Assembly (NCBI GenBank): GCA_023231475.1
Contig: JALJEE010002231.1
Span: forward strand, 1-64,000
Source: Seison nebaliae
Taxonomy: Eukaryota
Direction: 5' to 3'
DNA: 64,000 nt
In this document: piece after piece, positions 62,052-64,000 of the stretch
How the letters are laid out: every line of letters starts with the position of its first letter
Numbering within the stretch: position 1 is the stretch's first letter
Notes under the pieces: model-generated
Told to the model about the DNA's origin: nothing
The model's database searches: none
Seen by the model: the letters and a program-made list of their open reading frames with translations, nothing else
Position numbers and translations under genes: made by a program

Positions 62052-63088
62052 TTATCCAACTCCAGATACTGTAAGAGCATCGGCGAAAATAAAATCATCT
62101 GAAAAGAATGAATGTAAAATGAACGAGAGAAAAGAAGAAAACCTTTGGATGCTAACAATGGACCGTTGGAGTAAATGATGAAATATTTGGAAGATGTATA
62201 ATCATCCATATAAACATCTTTACAATAATCTGTATTTGCAATTATTCCTATGAGATATGGATCACAAGAACATCCACAAACACCTCCTCCCCAAGCCATA
62301 TGACGATGATATCGATAATCTACGTGCACATATCTGAAAACGTCGAATATTTTAGAACAGATAATAAAAAAAAAACTTATAAAAAGATTGGAATTGAATA
62401 TGTTCGTCAATAACGTTATCGAGAATATAAGGAACACCTCCAGAATGTAACGGCCCAGTAATTGATACTAAGTTAGAAACTTTGAACCAATCATTATTAT
62501 TTGACAAATCCGCGTATCCGAATAATAAACTTAACGTGACTACATTCTCAATATAATATTCGACTTTTATCTGATAAACGAGAAATTTTCAAAGAAAAAC
62601 AAAATGAGGAATTGAAACATTAGAGAACTGAGGTTGTTGTATGACGACTTCTGACATATACGACTTGTTACTAAAATCAGCCACATCGGATGGGTCAGGA
62701 TTTAGTAAAGATTTCCATCTATCGTCCAAACTAATTTCATCTCCTTTCACCATACGTCCAAGCAAAGTCGCTATCATAATTTGAAATTTAAAAGAAATTT
62801 ATTTGATTAAGAAGGAAAACTTTCGAATATTTTAAATTTATTATTTGCTATTTCGATACATGTGAACTTTTCATTTGGTGGTTTACTGAACGGCTCTTTC
62901 GCATATCGTTCATAACAGAATGACTGATATTTATAAGCTTCTGTTAATTCCATTTTATCCATCACATCCTCCAAAGAAAGATGAATACTGTTCTTCCCAA
63001 TCTTGGTGAAATCGAGAACAGCATCTCTCACTAAACTTCCATATAAATGGATGAAATAAAATTGGATTGTAAAAAGAATAATTTTCAT
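62052..63088 (-). CDS. Secreted uncharacterised protein
   Basis: Signal-like MKIILFTIQFYFIHLYG; four GTT introns (e.g. 62771-62820, 62571-62618) give ..IKVEYYIENVVTLSLLF..NDWFKVSNLV..WGGGVCGCSCD..FIIYS..FIFADALTVSGVG*. Confidence 0.6.
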
Positions 63089-64000
63089 TTTTCTAAAGAA
63101 CTTTTCCGGCAACAGAACGAATAAAATTAAAAGAAAAAATAAGTTTAGAGAAATAGTTGAATCTCCACAAGTACCGTAAACCTATCAAGAAATATTTGTT
63201 TAATTGAAACTTTTTTTCGGTGACTATTATAAAAATGAGAAAATATCTTTTTGATATTTCGAGAAATTAATTAAACGGCAATGGAAAATAGATCAAAATA
63301 TGTTACACCCCCTTTTATAAATCATCTAATAATAAAACATCTAACTTATCTAATCTCACTTACATGTTAGACAAACAAAAATAATTGATCTTTAAATTTT
63401 CTTAAACGTAATTTCGTGAGTTTCTAAAGATATCTTAAATCGTTTATTCTGCTTATTTATTTCGCATCCATTTACAGAAAAGAGTCGGGAGAAATGTAAA
63501 ACCAATTAAAAGACTGTTAATGGCAACTACTTCATCGAACGTCGACGAAAACGACAAAAGATTAGTATTATTATTATCAAATTGATGTTGACGATTATAA
63601 TAATTTTGAATAATAGTTAGTTCGATATGTGAGAATTGGAAACTGGACTGTCCTTCTTTGAAAAGATTAGAAGAATCCCAATTACTTCGTTTTCTCATTA
63701 TTTTATTAATCTACTTATCGGGAAAAAATAGTGGAAATGAAACTTATTCTTAATTTACTAAATCGTTTTCGAATAAAATGCCTATCAACTTAAAAAAACA
63801 GTAAGTTGAATGTTGATAAAATAACACAGAGTTTTCTAGGTTTAACTGAACGAGTAAGAAAGGAAAATATTTTGAAAAACATTTTCCAACAAATTTAATG
63901 GTTTAATTGGACGCAGTACTGGTATAATTCGATATTGGATTCCAATAAACGATAGGACCTGCAATTTTATTACCAAAAAAGTCAATTAGCCAATTAATTT

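Noticed and set aside
175..62820. U12-type or non-GT-AG introns
   Set aside because: All inferred introns are GT-AG and none has the RTATCCTT U12 donor.
1..64000. CRISPR arrays, rRNA, snRNA or prokaryotic defence systems
   Set aside because: The window is intron-containing animal DNA; no repeat-spacer array or recognisable structural RNA gene was seen.

Overview
AT-rich, very compact animal (bilaterian) genomic DNA with about 30 protein-coding genes, which I reconstructed by hand. They include housekeeping genes (TXNDC9, FAM177, RPL27, threonine dehydratase, MRPL55, PSMD12, ATG5, POLDIP2, PPIL4, ESF1, VPS37, NUS1, cyclophilins), ciliary genes (CCDC83-like with an RFX X-box, delta-tubulin, TSNAXIP1-like), two anoctamins, three developmental transcription factors (achaete-scute, Sp/btd, Tbx2/3), several orphan secreted or membrane proteins, and one internally deleted, decayed non-LTR retroelement. 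The strongest signal is the splicing code. Of 71 introns inferred from protein-frame continuity (32-149 nt, mostly about 40-65 nt), 68 begin GTT, 2 begin GTG and 1 begins GTA. G at +5 occurs in only 18, and textbook GTAAG donors a few bases from real GTT donors appear unused, which suggests a spliceosome re-tuned to a GUU donor. Other highlights are a probable MRPL55-PSMD12 operon (44-nt spacer), an Sp factor with only two zinc fingers and a rewritten recognition helix, a Pro-rich/cyclophilin/Ser-Gln-rich fusion gene, and a ubiquitin-like protein with an internal diglycine. The taxon cannot be fixed from the sequence; a compact-genome spiralian such as a syndermatan (rotifer/Seison-like) is my unverified guess. 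All intron coordinates are hand inferences without transcript data.
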